From positions 1 through 50,811 of the forward strand of contig JAAOYA010000001.1 in NCBI GenBank assembly GCA_018221105.1: DNA of 50,811 nucleotides, in the 5' to 3' direction. How positions within the stretch are numbered: position 1 is the first letter of the stretch; each line of letters starts with the position of its first letter. Below the pieces are notes generated by a model. It saw nothing but the letters and a program-made list of their open reading frames with translations. It did not search any database and was not told where the DNA came from. The DNA comes from Candidatus Woesearchaeota archaeon (GTDB taxonomy: Archaea; Nanobdellota; Nanobdellia; Woesearchaeales; JAAOYA01). A program made the translations under genes and the position numbers. Shown here one piece after another: positions 29,568 through 38,274 of the stretch.

Positions 29568-30641
29568 TTACCTGTTTTTTTTACTTAAGTTTATTGTTAC
29601 AGTGTAAAGACGGGCTTTAGATTTTGTAATAATTTTTATAGGTGTTTTTTTGTCGATTACTATGTAATCGTTTTTGCTGCATTGTTTTTTGACACCTTTT
29701 GTTGAAATTTCTAGATTGCCTTCTATCACAAAAAAATATTTGTCTGTAGAATATGTTTTTTCTAGTACGTATCCTTTTTTTAATTTTATTATTTCTAATT
29801 GATAATTGTAACTTTTGTCGTGTATTTTGTGGATTATTCTTTCTTTGCCGCTAACGTCTACTTTTATTATTTTGCCTTTTAAAACTTCTCCTTTAGTGTT
29901 TTTTACAGGGTTTAAATTATGCAGTGGCCTCCAATCTTTAAGTGCTGTTGGAAGTTTAACAGTCATATTTCTTGATTTTACATTATCAGGGTTTGATAAT
30001 GTGTGAGGTGTTGTTGCAAAAAAATGCAGTATTTCATTGGAGTTAGCAATTAATTTTTCCTTCTTATTTTTATCAATGATTAACCCATTTGTTTTACCAT
30101 CTAATACAAGGCAATATTCTGAAATTGTGTGATTGTGATAACTTTGCGTGTAATTAGAAGGCATTATAGCAATAGTTATAGAACATCCTTTATCTCTTAA
30201 TGGAGATTTGTGAAGGCCGTAACCCCATCTTTGTTCTTTTCTTCCAATTGCGTCAGTTTCACTGCTGTGAGTGTATCGTACAAAAACGTCTTTAAACTTG
30301 ATAACGTCTAACGGTGGTTTTGACTGTAAAACAATGTTTTCTCTTAGTATCATGTCTGATTTGTGAATGATTTTATCAAGTTTTTTTCTTATTTCATCAC
30401 TTAATTTAAGTTTGTGATGTGTAATATAATTGAATATTTGTTGAACTTCTTCTGTAAAATAACTTCCTATTCTTGATCTTCTATTAGTCTCATATGGTTT
30501 TACTTTTCCTCTCTTTAATTTTTTGATCTCTTTTAATGGCAAATCTAACTCTTTAGACTCTAAAATTAATTTTTTACACTCCACTATTACTTCGGCCTCG
30601 GTCTTGAATGTTAAATGGTGAAAATCTTTACGTATTCTCAT
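29568..30641 (-). CDS. Cupin-fold (bicupin-like) protein
   Basis: HNH...EYCLVLDG...PHTLSN and FFVIEGNL motifs. Confidence 0.75.
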   Translation of the reverse strand: MRIRKDFHHLTFKTEAEVIVECKKLILESKELDLPLKEIKKLKRGKVKPYETNRRSRIGSYFTEEVQQIFNYITHHKLKLSDEIRKKLDKIIHKSDMILRENIVLQSKPPLDVIKFKDVFVRYTHSSETDAIGRKEQRWGYGLHKSPLRDKGCSITIAIMPSNYTQSYHNHTISEYCLVLDGKTNGLIIDKNKKEKLIANSNEILHFFATTPHTLSNPDNVKSRNMTVKLPTALKDWRPLHNLNPVKNTKGEVLKGKIIKVDVSGKERIIHKIHDKSYNYQLEIIKLKKGYVLEKTYSTDKYFFVIEGNLEISTKGVKKQCSKNDYIVIDKKTPIKIITKSKARLYTVTINLSKKNR

Positions 30642-30736
30642 AACCTAGCAAAAACCATGGTTAGTTTATAAAATGATTGAATAATTATTTTGGAACAAAA
30701 CAATAAAAATTTAAAGAATAAAAAAAACAATTTTTT

Positions 30737-31066
30737 ATGGCTTTTTTTGAAGTGTTCATCATTGCGATAATACTGGTTATTAGCGCGATTCCTTTGAATT
30801 TGGCAGTTAAATTCTTGCGTGGTCGCTCAACACTAGCAAAAGCAATACTAGTGAACTTGCTAGCTGGCCTGTTGGGTGATTTGATACGGCAACGCTACAG
30901 CTTTATAGTTGGCGGGCTATTATCGTTTATTGCGTTATTGTTGATTTACCGTACTCTTTTCGAGCTTGGCTGGACCAAAAGCCTAATTGCGTGGGTATTA
31001 CAATTCATAATAGCAGCGATAATGATAGCATTACTAGTGTTTTTAGGAATCATTGCACTGTTCTAA
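30737..31066 (+). CDS. Small four-TM membrane protein
   Basis: Hydrophobic throughout. Confidence 0.75.
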   Translation: MAFFEVFIIAIILVISAIPLNLAVKFLRGRSTLAKAILVNLLAGLLGDLIRQRYSFIVGGLLSFIALLLIYRTLFELGWTKSLIAWVLQFIIAAIMIALLVFLGIIALF

Positions 31067-32231
31067 TTTTTGTAAAGTATACAATGTTAAACAATACTAA
31101 TGCTGCAAAAAATAGTGTTATGTAGACTGCTAGCACTTGTTGTGCGAGCCAGAAATTCAATAGTATTCCAGCAATGAAAGGCGATATTGTGTTAAAAGTG
31201 CCATCGAATAGTGCGTCAAGACCTAGTATTTCTCCGCGTACTTTTGATTCAACATGATCTGTGAGTATTACTGCTTGCGCTGGGCCGTGTGTTGCTTCAC
31301 CAATAGCAAAGAATGCTGCGCCAATCCAAAAAACTGCAATGTTGTCAGTTAATACTAATGCTATGCCGCTAATTCCAAGAAACAAGAATGATATTGTTGT
31401 TGAGCGAAAAGGGCCTATTTTGTCAACAAGTTTTCCAACAAACAATAACATAAAAAATGCTACAATTCCCATTGTGGCAAAAACACTTCCTGTTATTGTA
31501 TCACTGTTTGTCATGCCATAAATTATTAGTGGCCAAAGCATTGCTTTAATACCCCAATTTAAAGAAAAGGCAGTGTTTTCAATAAAATAAAAAATCAAGG
31601 TTGGTTTTTTGAATAAATATTTTATGCCGTGCAATAATTCTTTTTTTTCAACTTTTTTCTTTAATGGTTTGTCTTTGAATTTGAGTTCTCTGATCGAAAT
31701 AATGGTTGCTAGCGCGAACACTATTGACATTGCAATATATGGCGCGCGTAGCCCGTATGTATCGCTTAACACTCCTCCAAGCAAAGCAGCACCACTGCCA
31801 AGTATTGACTGTGCAGAATACACTAGTCCAATATAATGGCCTTTTTTTGGCAGGTCTTTGAGTATGTCTTGTAAGTATGCCATAAACACTGGACCTGTAG
31901 CTACACTACTGAAAGCCCATGCTACTTTTACACCCATGTATTGAAAAACATTAAATGTTGAAGCGTAAAGCAAAGGGTATACTATTCCAAGTCCTACGCC
32001 AATAATCACTAAACGGTTTCTGCCAATACGATCGGATAATCTTCCAAGCCAAACAGATAACAGTGCAAAAAATATTGTTCCAATGCCAAAAGTAAGACCA
32101 ACAAGGGTGGTGCTAGTGGTTAAAGAACTTATGAATCGTACTTCAACAGGCCCAATAATATAGCCTGCTGTTGTTGCAAGGCTTACAATTATCGCTCCTA
32201 TAATAAATTGTTTAATGTTTTCGCGCATCAA
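31050..32231 (-). CDS. MFS transporter
   Basis: GRLSDRIGR and GKLVDKIG motif A; about 12 TM segments. Confidence 0.95.
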   Translation of the reverse strand: MMRENIKQFIIGAIIVSLATTAGYIIGPVEVRFISSLTTSTTLVGLTFGIGTIFFALLSVWLGRLSDRIGRNRLVIIGVGLGIVYPLLYASTFNVFQYMGVKVAWAFSSVATGPVFMAYLQDILKDLPKKGHYIGLVYSAQSILGSGAALLGGVLSDTYGLRAPYIAMSIVFALATIISIRELKFKDKPLKKKVEKKELLHGIKYLFKKPTLIFYFIENTAFSLNWGIKAMLWPLIIYGMTNSDTITGSVFATMGIVAFFMLLFVGKLVDKIGPFRSTTISFLFLGISGIALVLTDNIAVFWIGAAFFAIGEATHGPAQAVILTDHVESKVRGEILGLDALFDGTFNTISPFIAGILLNFWLAQQVLAVYITLFFAALVLFNIVYFTKIRTVQ

Positions 32232-32255
32232 ACTATTTTTTTAAGAAATGATTAT

Positions 32256-32927
32256 TTAATACTTTAGGTTGTATTTGTCTTTGTACCATAACAGTATTAT
32301 GAAATTTATTGTTGTTAGTAGTGCGAACTCGCATAGAACGCTTGCGAACTGAACGTAGAACATTGGCAAAAAAATCAAGAATATTCCTGTTGGAACTGTA
32401 AATACTAGCATTGACAACATTCCAAGATTGAAAAGCCCAGGCTCTCCTTTGATTTTAGTGTTGTGTGCTGCAAAATAAAATAGTATTATTGTTCCTAAAA
32501 CATAAATGGCGTAGTATAGGGCGAAAAACTCTCCTAGAATTCCTATGGCGGGGTATTGTATGAACACTGTGTCACATGTTGTCGGATTTGAATATTGTTT
32601 GTTAATTGAGAACATTACAATAAAAAATAGTGCTGGTGAATAAATTAGGGCAGTCCAGTATTTTGATAGTTTTTTGCGCCACATGATTAAAGCCATGCTA
32701 ACGCCTAACGCTGGCAAAATTGCAGTGGTACTTAATGCCAAGCGAGTAAAAACTGTTAGTTGTGTAGTGCATATCAAAAATTCGTTGAGTTGGTAAAAAC
32801 CTAAAAGAAATGTTAGTGCTGCAATTATCCTGTTAAGCTTGTCTTTAGGACTTCGCATTAGAAAATAAAACGCTAGCAAGAACTCTATAACAAAAGTACT
32901 CATTGAAATGTACGGTGCAAAACACAT
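32256..32927 (-). CDS. Polytopic membrane protein
   Basis: About 7 hydrophobic segments; MCF...S N-terminus; Q..EF motif. Confidence 0.75.
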   Translation of the reverse strand: MCFAPYISMSTFVIEFLLAFYFLMRSPKDKLNRIIAALTFLLGFYQLNEFLICTTQLTVFTRLALSTTAILPALGVSMALIMWRKKLSKYWTALIYSPALFFIVMFSINKQYSNPTTCDTVFIQYPAIGILGEFFALYYAIYVLGTIILFYFAAHNTKIKGEPGLFNLGMLSMLVFTVPTGIFLIFLPMFYVQFASVLCEFALLTTINFIILLWYKDKYNLKY

Positions 32928-33068
32928 AATAAAAAACGTTATTTAAATGCTTTATAAATATTTTGTTAGCAACATTTATTAATAAGAAAAATTTGCAATT
33001 TACTGAGTGTATAACATGAATAAGACAATTGCAATATTTACAAAAAAGAAAAAAACAAAAAAATAATT

Positions 33069-33278
33069 TTAGAAAAACATTTTTTTCAAAAGCGGAACTG
33101 ATAGTAATACCCAAAGTATCAAATACCAATACCAATCAATTAACAGCACGAAATTTCTAAAGCCAGTCCACGCAACAACTAAAAAAAGCGTGAAGAAAAA
33201 AACACTTGACTTTAACAATGAAAAATCATACCATTTCATTTTCTTAGCAAAATCTTCTACTAAAACAAACAAATTCAT
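33069..33278 (-). CDS. Small membrane protein
   Basis: GGAGG SD upstream of ATG at 33278; two TM segments. Confidence 0.7.
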   Translation of the reverse strand: MNLFVLVEDFAKKMKWYDFSLLKSSVFFFTLFLVVAWTGFRNFVLLIDWYWYLILWVLLSVPLLKKMFF

Positions 33279-33291
33279 TTTTTTTACCTCC

Positions 33292-33444
33292 TTAGCTTGT
33301 CCACTTGCCGCGACTAATACCAAGAATGCTTTGGCAGTGCGGGCACGAGTACATTATTTCTTGCTTTACAAAACCAACACCTTTTTTGTCAGTGTGTAGC
33401 TCAGTTAGTTTGACTTCTAATTTACAAAAAGGACATTTAGCCAT
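33292..33444 (-). CDS. 50 aa zinc-finger microprotein (not in the ORF track)
   Basis: Hand translation MAKCPFCK...MYSCPHCQSILGISRGKWTS; two CPxC knuckles. Confidence 0.8.
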   Translation of the reverse strand: MAKCPFCKLEVKLTELHTDKKGVGFVKQEIMYSCPHCQSILGISRGKWTS

Positions 33445-33525
33445 AAAAAACTTATTGATTGATGATTATAAAAAATTATTGATTAGAAAGTTAAATTTAA
33501 TAATATAAACTTTTATTATAGATTA

Positions 33526-33834
33526 ATGAAAGGTAAACTTGCTACTTTAAGAATTGATGATTTGCTGCTTGATCAAGAAGTTGTTAACAAGAAAAAAGTT
33601 GGTCGTTTGGTAAAAAAGCTTTCAGAGAAAAAATCTATTAAGGCAATAAGAGTCTTTTACTGCGTTCACGAAGCAATGTACAATATTGTTGACGGACATC
33701 ACAGAGTGTTCGCGGCTTACAATTTAGGCATAACTTCTATTTTATCAATAGTTGAACCATGTTACACCTATGAATGCACTGGCAACACTCCTGACTGGGA
33801 TTTCTTTCACGTGCGAAACGTTAGAGCAGCTTAA
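33526..33834 (+). CDS. Stand-alone ParB/sulfiredoxin-like domain protein
   Basis: YNIVDGHHRVFAA...LG motif. Confidence 0.8.
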   Translation: MKGKLATLRIDDLLLDQEVVNKKKVGRLVKKLSEKKSIKAIRVFYCVHEAMYNIVDGHHRVFAAYNLGITSILSIVEPCYTYECTGNTPDWDFFHVRNVRAA

Positions 33835-34397
33835 AAAAATGTTATTCCCCTTGCTGCTAAGAAAGTAACTGTTAGGGCAAAAGTAATGTCGCCCAAAATT
33901 ATTGGAGCGTAAACCTTTTTTTGCGGGTATTTGATAGCTGCCAGTGAAAGAATTAATAGGTCGTTTGGAAACGGCGTCAGACCAATGTAGACGTACGCGA
34001 TGAACGGAATGAACTTTTCAACTTTTCCTTTTAAAAACTTTGAGAATTTACTGATTTTTTTGTCAATTTTGCCTTTTATTAAGTCCCTGCCTTTAGAGCC
34101 TGCAATAAACATTATCACATCACCAATTGCCAAAGCAACACCAGCAGTGATTCCAAGATACAGTGGGTTCAAACCAGCAACAGCAAAAGTTATCAAAGTA
34201 GCAATAAAAGTTGCAGAGCCACCAGCACTAAAACCGCCAAAAAAACTGATAACAAAAGTAAGCAAGTAAGCGTTGCGAACACCAAGATTTTCAACAACAG
34301 TCTTAGGATCAAAAAAGAATAATAACGTAATTAACAATATTATAAATAATGCTAAAGCACAAAAAATTAAAACTTTTTTTTCATACTTTTTTTTCAT
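33831..34397 (-). CDS. DedA/VTT-like membrane protein
   Basis: GD.I.F..G..GR and TPFPND motifs. Confidence 0.7.
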   Translation of the reverse strand: MKKKYEKKVLIFCALALFIILLITLLFFFDPKTVVENLGVRNAYLLTFVISFFGGFSAGGSATFIATLITFAVAGLNPLYLGITAGVALAIGDVIMFIAGSKGRDLIKGKIDKKISKFSKFLKGKVEKFIPFIAYVYIGLTPFPNDLLILSLAAIKYPQKKVYAPIILGDITFALTVTFLAARGITFF

Positions 34398-34450
34398 ATT
34401 CTCATTATTAAAAAACAAGTTTTAAATACTTTTGCTCACAAAAAGCTTTT

Positions 34451-34669
34451 ATGGCAGCAAAAAAGAAAAAACAACCTAAGACTTGTTGTGACAAAAACAC
34501 TAACATGTGCAGTGGAGGCGGAGGAATGTACTTTCTTGGCATTATCGGCGCAGCCATTTACTACATTTCCAACGCCACAAGCTTTTGGAGCGGGGCATTA
34601 GGACTCTTAAAAGCTCTGGTCTGGCCTGCATTTCTAGTGTTTGAAGCACTAAAGTTTATAGGAGCATAA
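34451..34669 (+). CDS. Small membrane protein; its stop codon forms the distal boundary of the cassette array
   Basis: YFLGIIGAAIYYI...FW.G.LG.LKALVWPAFLV; ends GCA-TAA|C. Confidence 0.8.
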   Translation: MAAKKKKQPKTCCDKNTNMCSGGGGMYFLGIIGAAIYYISNATSFWSGALGLLKALVWPAFLVFEALKFIGA

Positions 34670-34790
34670 CATTGCGGTTTGCCGAAGTTCTTAGGGTGGA
34701 CTTAAAAGTCAGGTTAGGGAGTAACACTTTGTGTTAAGGTAGAATGTGGACGAACGAGAGCGCGAGTGATTCGTATAATCGCTGTTATGC
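34664..34790 (-). repeat. attC-like site 1 (127 bp imperfect inverted repeat)
   Basis: GCATAACATTGCGGTTTGCCGAA ... TTCGTATAATCGCTGTTATGC; terminal GCATAAC/GTTATGC. Confidence 0.8.
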
Positions 34791-34902
34791 GAGGGTCGAC
34801 TGACAAGGAGGAGAGCGCAGCGAGGCAAGGATTTTCGTAGAAAATCCGCAGAGTTGTTTGGTGGCGCGAAATATTTATTAAGTTGTGAAATATTTTAAGA
34901 AT

Positions 34903-35571
34903 ATGTTATCTAAAGCAGACAATTTAATATTATTAACTAAAAGAATTTCAGAATTAAATCTCAAAAGCAATGTTGTTTTAGCTTTTGATTTTGATGAACT
35001 TGTTGTTCCAATTCATCTGACAAGAGAAGTTGCTCAAAGAGTATCAAAACCACTTGACAAGAAATTATTGAAAAATCTTGGTTCATGTTCATTTGAAGGT
35101 ATAATATATCTTCAAAGCTTAATCTATGAATATAATTTTGAAGAATATGAACAAATAAGAGATAGGATTGTAGAAAAAACAAGTTGGACAAATGGATTCA
35201 ATAAGTTACTAGGAAAGCTACAAGAAAAATATTCAGTAATTTTTATCAGTAGTGGAATAAAAAATATATGTGAAGCAAAACTTAAAGAAATTGATTTTGA
35301 TATGAAAAATATATTAGCATGTGAGTTTAGAATTGAGAACAACAAAATTACTGGATCTAACCTAATAATTTCAGATGAACTAAAAGGATTTATAGCAAAA
35401 ACACTTAAAAAAAAATATAAGGTTATAGCTATAGGACATGGATTAGGAGATAAAATAATGTTAGATAATTCGGATGTAAGTATATCTGTAAATTCTGAAA
35501 TTCCAAATTTGGCAAAATATAATCTTAAATCAGCTGAAGAAGTTCTAAAAATAATTGAAAAGGAAGCTTAA
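34903..35571 (+). CDS. HAD-superfamily hydrolase (phosphoserine phosphatase-like); cassette 1
   Basis: AFDFDELV, FISSG, K, AIGHGLGD..ML motifs I-IV. Confidence 0.8.
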   Translation: MLSKADNLILLTKRISELNLKSNVVLAFDFDELVVPIHLTREVAQRVSKPLDKKLLKNLGSCSFEGIIYLQSLIYEYNFEEYEQIRDRIVEKTSWTNGFNKLLGKLQEKYSVIFISSGIKNICEAKLKEIDFDMKNILACEFRIENNKITGSNLIISDELKGFIAKTLKKKYKVIAIGHGLGDKIMLDNSDVSISVNSEIPNLAKYNLKSAEEVLKIIEKEA

Positions 35572-35590
35572 AAGTACCACCAAACAATTA

Positions 35591-35709
35591 GACATAACAT
35601 TGGAATTAAAAGAAGGCGGCTTTAGCCGATTTGGACGAGTGATTTTTCACGAGTCTTTTAATTCCTGATTAGTCGAACCGAACATTTTTTGCGAGGGAAG
35701 TATGACGCA
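35591..35709 (-). repeat. attC-like site 2 plus conserved tail
   Basis: GACATAACATTGGAATTAAAAGA ... TCTTTTAATTCCTGATTAGTC, two inner hairpins, then CCGAA...AGTATGACGCA. Confidence 0.85.
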
Positions 35710-35774
35710 AGCTTAAACTACGCCGATTGCAGTAAATACTAATCTTTATAAATAATATTACGAATAAAAATAAA

Positions 35775-36329
35775 ATGAACAAATTATTTGTATTTATCTT
35801 AATAGCGTTTTTAATCATCGTTAGTGGGTGTACCGAGAAAATTTCTGAAAAAAAGTTTAGTATCGATGGAAAAGATTGTACAAGTATTGAACCTGAAGAT
35901 TTAGAGAGTTATAAATCAAAATTAACTGGACCATTTGGTATTTGTGAGCTATATCCTGCAGTTGATACTAAATTTGATACGGAAAATCCTGTAAACAATG
36001 ATGGCGAGCAATTAAATGGTTTAAGATGTGCAGGAGATATTTGGATGTCTGTATCAGCAAAACACAATGGAGATTTCATATCATGTTCTGATTTTATTGA
36101 GTATCAATCATCAAGTAAAATACAATTTGAAAAAATCAAGACAATTTACGGAAGAGATATTTATAATTATACTGCACAGACAGTTCCTGATTATCTTTTA
36201 GCTGCAGGTATTAAACCAGACATAGTAACTTTTTATTATTTTTGTGATTATACAAATAATATTGAAATCAAAACACACTCTTTAGAAAGTGTTGATAAAT
36301 ATTTTAATAAATTCATTTCTTGTGAGTAA
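35775..36329 (+). CDS. Lipoprotein of unknown function; cassette 2
   Basis: IIVSGC lipobox; TTTATAAA at 35745-35752. Confidence 0.8.
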   Translation: MNKLFVFILIAFLIIVSGCTEKISEKKFSIDGKDCTSIEPEDLESYKSKLTGPFGICELYPAVDTKFDTENPVNNDGEQLNGLRCAGDIWMSVSAKHNGDFISCSDFIEYQSSSKIQFEKIKTIYGRDIYNYTAQTVPDYLLAAGIKPDIVTFYYFCDYTNNIEIKTHSLESVDKYFNKFISCE

Positions 36330-36384
36330 AATCTCATTTATTTAGAATAACAGTTCTTATATCGACATTAGTTAGTAGTTTAAG

Positions 36385-36519
36385 CTGAGTAATATCGCGC
36401 GTAACATCGGAATTAAACGAGGTTGGCGTAGCCAATCTGGATGGAAGCGCTCGCGCTGGAATCGTTTAATTCCTGATTACGCGCGCCGAAACCGTTTCAG
36501 GTGAGGGGAGTATGACGCA
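36385..36519 (-). repeat. attC-like site 3 plus conserved flanks
   Basis: CTGAGTAATAT-CGCGCGTAACATCGGAATTAAACGA ... TCGTTTAATTCCTGATTACGCGCG-CCGAA...AGTATGACGCA. Confidence 0.9.
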
Positions 36520-36589
36520 GAGGAGCACTTAAAAAAAATTATTATAAATTCATAAAATTTATATAACAACAGTTTAAATATAGTCTTAA

Positions 36590-37000
36590 ATGAGAAAAAT
36601 ATTATTTATTATTTTATTATTGGTATTAATTGTTGGATGTACTAAAGAAATAATCAAAGAGGATGCAGGATTAAATAATAGTACAAATATCATAGATGAA
36701 CAAGATATGGTAGAAGATTCAAAAGAAATTGAAAATAACGAAAAACAAAATTCTGAAAGAGTATGTGCTAAAGACGTCCAAAGTCAATTTGTGGGTCCGC
36801 ATGTGTGTAATGGATATTGTAAAACAGATGAAGATTGTAAACTAAGTTGTTGTGGTTCTATTAATAAAAATGAATTTTGTATTGATGATGACAAAGGATT
36901 AGATTGTATAATCAATGGCGATGAAATCCCCGGGAGAATCTATAAAGCAGTTTGCGCTGGTACTTGTGTATATAAAATAAGTCCTATAAAAAATTCTTAA
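36590..37000 (+). CDS. Cys-rich lipoprotein; cassette 3
   Basis: LIVGC lipobox; YCKTDEDC...CC motif; TTTATATAA at 36558-36566. Confidence 0.8.
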   Translation: MRKILFIILLLVLIVGCTKEIIKEDAGLNNSTNIIDEQDMVEDSKEIENNEKQNSERVCAKDVQSQFVGPHVCNGYCKTDEDCKLSCCGSINKNEFCIDDDKGLDCIINGDEIPGRIYKAVCAGTCVYKISPIKNS

Positions 37001-37039
37001 TTTCAATTTTTTCCGCTACCTAATAAATGATAAGTGCTC

Positions 37040-37164
37040 CTGAGTAATATCGCGCGTAACATCTGAATTAAAAGAAGTACGCGAAGCGTATTTGGACGAG
37101 TTTTTAACGAGTCTTTTAATTCCAGATTACGCGCGCCGAACGAATGCGAGGAGAGTATGACGCA
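37040..37164 (-). repeat. attC-like site 4 plus conserved flanks
   Basis: CTGAGTAATAT-CGCGCGTAACATCTGAATTAAAAGA ... TCTTTTAATTCCAGATTACGCGCG-CCGAA...AGTATGACGCA. Confidence 0.9.
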
Positions 37165-37235
37165 AGGAGCACTTAATAAAAATGCAAAGCATGAACTAGT
37201 TTTAAGAATAAAAGGCAAGAAAACAAAAAATAAAA

Positions 37236-37952
37236 TTAGTTTGGAATTGAAGGGGGTGGTGGAATCGTTTGAACAGTTCCTAATTTACACACATCGCCAA
37301 CCTTTACAATTAATCCCAATCCAACAATCTCTGAGGGGATGTTGAAGTCTAAGGGGATGCCCTTCCAATTTGTACCTCTTTGAGTCTCATCAGGCTCAGC
37401 ATTATAAAAATATACGCTTTGGATATTGCATGTGCCTTTAATATCCTCAAGAGAATTACCCTCGAAATGAGGATTAATAGCAACAAAATTCCATCCAGGC
37501 AATAGCTTTATGTCTTCTAGTGGGGGGATGCTTGGTGCGAAATATTCAATATCATATTCCTCTCGGACATAAACCCAGCTAGCATAATTTACCATATAAG
37601 TATTTTCGCCTAATGTATTTTCAGGAAACATTTCTATATAACCTTTTGTTTCTGGATTATATAAGTAAACAAAGACTGGGGAATCTGCTTTTTTTCTATT
37701 TAAACCTGGTATCTGTATATATTCCATAACTTCTTCATACAATGGAATGGCCCTCCCAACATAATTTTCAGACATGTAAAAAGGAAAATTTTCACCATAT
37801 GAAATTAGATTCCAGCCTTTGTATAGATGGATAGAATACTGGAAATCATATAACCCGCTATTAGTTGCCGGTTCATTAATTATTTGTCCACCAGCTATAA
37901 CTATTGCGGAAGTAATTATTATGCTTATTAGAAATATTAATATTTTTTTCAT
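37236..37952 (-). CDS. Secreted protein with two L..GWN(L/F) repeats; cassette 4
   Basis: Signal peptide; LYKGWNLIS and LLPGWNFVA; Pro-rich C-terminus. Confidence 0.8.
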   Translation of the reverse strand: MKKILIFLISIIITSAIVIAGGQIINEPATNSGLYDFQYSIHLYKGWNLISYGENFPFYMSENYVGRAIPLYEEVMEYIQIPGLNRKKADSPVFVYLYNPETKGYIEMFPENTLGENTYMVNYASWVYVREEYDIEYFAPSIPPLEDIKLLPGWNFVAINPHFEGNSLEDIKGTCNIQSVYFYNAEPDETQRGTNWKGIPLDFNIPSEIVGLGLIVKVGDVCKLGTVQTIPPPPSIPN

Positions 37953-37956
37953 TTTT

Positions 37957-38151
37957 TTATTCCTCCGGTAGTGCTGGAGGTTGCGGTATCGAATTAGTTC
38001 CAGCGTCTTGGTTTTGTTGTGGCTCAGCAGTCTGAGTATTTAATGTATCTGTTTGCGTGTTTGAATCCTGAACGGTAGTTGTCGAACAACCACTAAGAAC
38101 AAACAAACCCAACATTAAGATAAGGGTTAAGATTAATATTTTTTTCATCAT
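37957..38151 (-). CDS. Small lipoprotein; cassette 4
   Basis: GGAGG SD; VLSGC lipobox; Thr/Gln-rich; ends IPQPPALPEE. Confidence 0.8.
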   Translation of the reverse strand: MMKKILILTLILMLGLFVLSGCSTTTVQDSNTQTDTLNTQTAEPQQNQDAGTNSIPQPPALPEE

Positions 38152-38245
38152 GATATAAACCTCCAATAACTATAAAATTCTATTTAAACTTTAAAAAACT
38201 TTTTGTTTCTTGCCCATAAAAAAAGAATAAGTGCTCCTGAGTAAT

Positions 38246-38274
38246 ATCGCGCGTAATCATCTATTATACGAAAG
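38246..38274. other. attI/dif-like simple recombination site next to the integrase
   Basis: ATCGCGCGTAA-TCATCTA-TTATACGAAAG; identity with the cassette repeat stops exactly after TAA and no partner hairpin arm follows. Confidence 0.7.

Noticed and set aside
34670..34860. tRNA or other structural RNA in the GC-rich intergenic stretch
   Set aside because: No cloverleaf or T-loop consensus; the structure is explained by the attC-like site and its tail.
36386..36396. TGAGTAATATC (reverse GATATTACTCA) resembling a rolling-circle nick nonamer
   Set aside because: Not in a hairpin loop and no HUH/Rep gene in the window; too short to support.
37003..37345. ORFs 37003..37218(-), 37157..37345(+) and 38184..38444(-)
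   Set aside because: They run across recombination-site repeats or antisense to real genes, with no protein features.
35591..38256. CRISPR array interpretation of the recurring repeat
   Set aside because: Repeats are separated by 0.5-1.1 kb containing whole genes, and no cas genes are present.
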